A DNA stretch of 64,000 nt from Adineta vaga (lineage: Eukaryota; Animalia; Rotifera): NCBI GenBank assembly GCA_021613535.1, contig CP075494.1, positions 12,958,001-13,022,000 on the forward strand, in the 5' to 3' direction. The notes under the pieces were generated by a model that had not been told where the DNA came from, did no database searches, and saw only the letters and a list, made by a program, of their open reading frames with translations. A program made the position numbers and the translations under genes. This document shows positions 61,951-64,000 of the stretch, piece after piece. How positions within the stretch are numbered: position 1 is the stretch's first letter; each line of letters starts with the position of its first letter.

Positions 61951-64000
61951 TTATAGCTTCTTTTTTACACGTTCGAGATTGTTTTTCCATTGCTGAGACC
62001 AAGGATGTCCTGAAGACAATGATTGTTGTGCAATTTGTACAGCACGCTCATAAAATGAACAGGCTTTTGAATAGTTCTTCATGTCTTCATACACTGCGCC
62101 GATGTTGTTGTAAGATGAAGCCAAATCAGAATGATTTGGAGGAAGTGATTGTTGCCAAATTGCAAGGGCTTTTTCATGAGATGAAAGTGCTTTTGGATAG
62201 TCACCCATGTTGTAATACACCGAACCGATGTTGTTGTAAGACATCGCCAGATCAGGATGATTTGGAGGAAGTGATTGTTGCCAAATTGCAAGGGCTTTTT
62301 CATGAGATGAAAGTACTTTTGGATAGTCACCCCTGTTGTAATACACCGAACCGATGTTGTTGTAAGACATCGCCAGATCAGGATGATTTGGAGGAAGTGA
62401 TTGTTGTCGAATTGCAAGGGCTTTTTCATGAGATGAAAGTGCTTTTGGATAGTCACCCATGTTGTAATACACCAAACCGATGTTGTTGTAAGATGAAGCC
62501 AAATCAGGATGATTTGGAGGAAGTGATTGTTGCCAAATTGCAAGGGCTTTTTCATGAGATGAAAGTACTTTTGGATAGTCACCCCTGTTGTAATACACCG
62601 AACCGATGTTGTTGTAAGACATCGCCAGATCAGGATGATTTGGAGGAAGTGATTGTTGTCGAATTGCAAGGGCTTTTTCATGAGATGAAAGTGCTTTTGG
62701 ATAGTCACCCATGTTGTAATACACCAAACCGATGTTGTTGTAAGATGAAGCCAAATCAGGATGATTTGGAGGAAGTGATTGTTGCCAAATTGCAAGGGCT
62801 TTTTCATGAGATGAAAGTGCTTTTGGATAGTCACCCATATTTTGATATATCATACCGATGTTGTTGTAAGATTCAGCCAACTCAGGATCTTGAGGAGAAA
62901 GAGTTTTTTCCTTGATGGCAAGTGATTTCTGATAGAATTTGATTGCCTCTTCATATTCTCCTTGATTGTCTTTGATCGAACCAAGTCTATGATAAATTCG
63001 TTCTTTTTCATTCTCCTTGGTTGCTTGATCAAGCAGCATTTCATAAATTTCTTCAGCCTTCTCGTTTTGACCCAATTTACTTAGTACTAAACCCAATCTG
63101 TACCACCCCTCGCTGTTTGGAAAACTCTCTTCTCGTATGCGCTCAGTCAGTGCATGTAATTCCTTGTCACTATCACTGGTCAGTGTCAAACTCACTTCGA
63201 AGAGTTTGTTATTTCCACCCATTTGTTTGATATCCTGAATACGAAACACGCTGTGCATTGAAAAAAGCACTTCATCCTCATCCTCAATGGCACTAAGATC
63301 ACGAATTGATGCAAATGCTGTTGTCGATTGTTTTGGATCAATGGTCATCACAAACAAAACTGCCACCAAATCTGTATTACTTAGATTTTTTTTTGCAAAC
63401 GAAAGTGAAACATTTTTATCCTTGCTGGTGGATAAGAAGTTGTTAAACGATATTAGTCCACCTTTTGTTTGCTTTAGTTGTTCGAAATCGGCGATGGATA
63501 ATCCTTGTCCACGATAAACTGTGAAAATTTTATCAATGTGTTGTTCTTGATGCACGGATTCGATATGTCGATGTAGATCATTAATAAAGAATCCCATCCG
63601 TGTGATGATGTCACCATCCATCATTCGGATTCCACGATTGAGCATGCGATAAAAGAAACATTCATAAGTATACCACCAGATAGGTTTTTTCTGATGATAT
63701 TCGCGTTCCAATCGTTCCACATTCTCTAATTCTCGATCGTTATCGATGAAAAGTTCACGACAGTAGTTGACATAATCTTGAATATGTGTGTCGTCGAATT
63801 TGATGGTCACTAAGATCTCCTTGAGTATCTGAGTGTACATGAAAGAAGGATCTAGTTGATCCAACTTTTTGCCAGATGTCACGAAACTCATTGATACTGC
63901 ATTTTGTTCACATCGTGCTGCTGCTTGTTTGAGAGCTTCACAGATGGGTTCGATTTCTGTAAAGACTCCCATGATTTTTGGCCAATCTTTTGCCCATCCT
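61951..64000 (-). CDS. NAD:arginine ADP-ribosyltransferase (R-S-E type) domain plus 42-aa TPR array; 5' end lies beyond the window
   Basis: PIWWYT...Y.MLN, VYRGQ, FNNFLSTS, EDEVLF..HSVFRI, then TPRs LAxSYNNIGxVY; the frame is open to the window edge (GWAKDWPKIMGVFT). Confidence 0.92.
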   Translation of the reverse strand, partial: GWAKDWPKIMGVFTEIEPICEALKQAAARCEQNAVSMSFVTSGKKLDQLDPSFMYTQILKEILVTIKFDDTHIQDYVNYCRELFIDNDRELENVERLEREYHQKKPIWWYTYECFFYRMLNRGIRMMDGDIITRMGFFINDLHRHIESVHQEQHIDKIFTVYRGQGLSIADFEQLKQTKGGLISFNNFLSTSKDKNVSLSFAKKNLSNTDLVAVLFVMTIDPKQSTTAFASIRDLSAIEDEDEVLFSMHSVFRIQDIKQMGGNNKLFEVSLTLTSDSDKELHALTERIREESFPNSEGWYRLGLVLSKLGQNEKAEEIYEMLLDQATKENEKERIYHRLGSIKDNQGEYEEAIKFYQKSLAIKEKTLSPQDPELAESYNNIGMIYQNMGDYPKALSSHEKALAIWQQSLPPNHPDLASSYNNIGLVYYNMGDYPKALSSHEKALAIRQQSLPPNHPDLAMSYNNIGSVYYNRGDYPKVLSSHEKALAIWQQSLPPNHPDLASSYNNIGLVYYNMGDYPKALSSHEKALAIRQQSLPPNHPDLAMSYNNIGSVYYNRGDYPKVLSSHEKALAIWQQSLPPNHPDLAMSYNNIGSVYYNMGDYPKALSSHEKALAIWQQSLPPNHSDLASSYNNIGAVYEDMKNYSKACSFYERAVQIAQQSLSSGHPWSQQWKNNLERVKKKL
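62075..62870 (-). repeat. Coding tandem array of ~6 near-identical 126-bp units with a 252-bp higher-order period
   Basis: Unit DYPK[A/V]LSSHEKALAI[W/R]QQSLPPNHPDLA[S/M]SYNNIG[L/S]VYYN[M/R]G; DNA nearly identical between units. Confidence 0.97.

Noticed and set aside
62075-62870. Regularly spaced repeats as a possible CRISPR array
   Set aside because: No unique spacers; contiguous in-frame coding units; eukaryotic context.
62019-62915. 298-aa plus-strand and 251-aa alternative-frame repetitive ORFs
   Set aside because: Shadows of the 126-bp TPR repeat: a stop-free unit stays open in other frames when tandemly repeated.

Overview
AT-rich, gene-dense eukaryotic (animal) genomic DNA with many ~50-60 bp GT-AG introns. 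The short introns, metazoan genes, non-metazoan-looking intronless genes and an ADP-ribosyltransferase-TPR gene point to a bdelloid rotifer (inference). A core of 21 protein-coding genes (MIC13, FoxP, HMGCS, PSTK, ankyrin protein, POLR1D-isoform-2-like, calcineurin A, secreted Cys-rich protein, CREB3-like, H3.3, CYP, CD225 protein, MRPL49, NipSnap, PFK, ankyrin-SOCS, F-box/PP2, INPP5E, GBA2, MRPS35, TMEM138) plus an NCS-type EF-hand gene is flanked by transposon-rich ends. The left end holds a Tc4/Tc5-like element with a nested hAT-type MITE. The right end holds two CCCAG MITEs, a kinase pseudogene, a hAT remnant and a window-truncated ART-TPR gene. Most notable: (1) several co-directional gene pairs have only about 50-130 bp between the upstream stop or polyA signal and a splice acceptor just before the next ATG, which looks like SL trans-spliced operons, one of them apparently capturing a plant/fungal-type F-box-PP2 lectin gene; (2) the toxin-like ART-TPR protein has near-identical, mosaic 126-bp repeats; (3) PFK has a candidate myristoylated first exon with a GC donor and a 9-nt microexon; (4) TMEM138 has a CaaX tail. 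All gene models were spliced by eye and no database searches were run.
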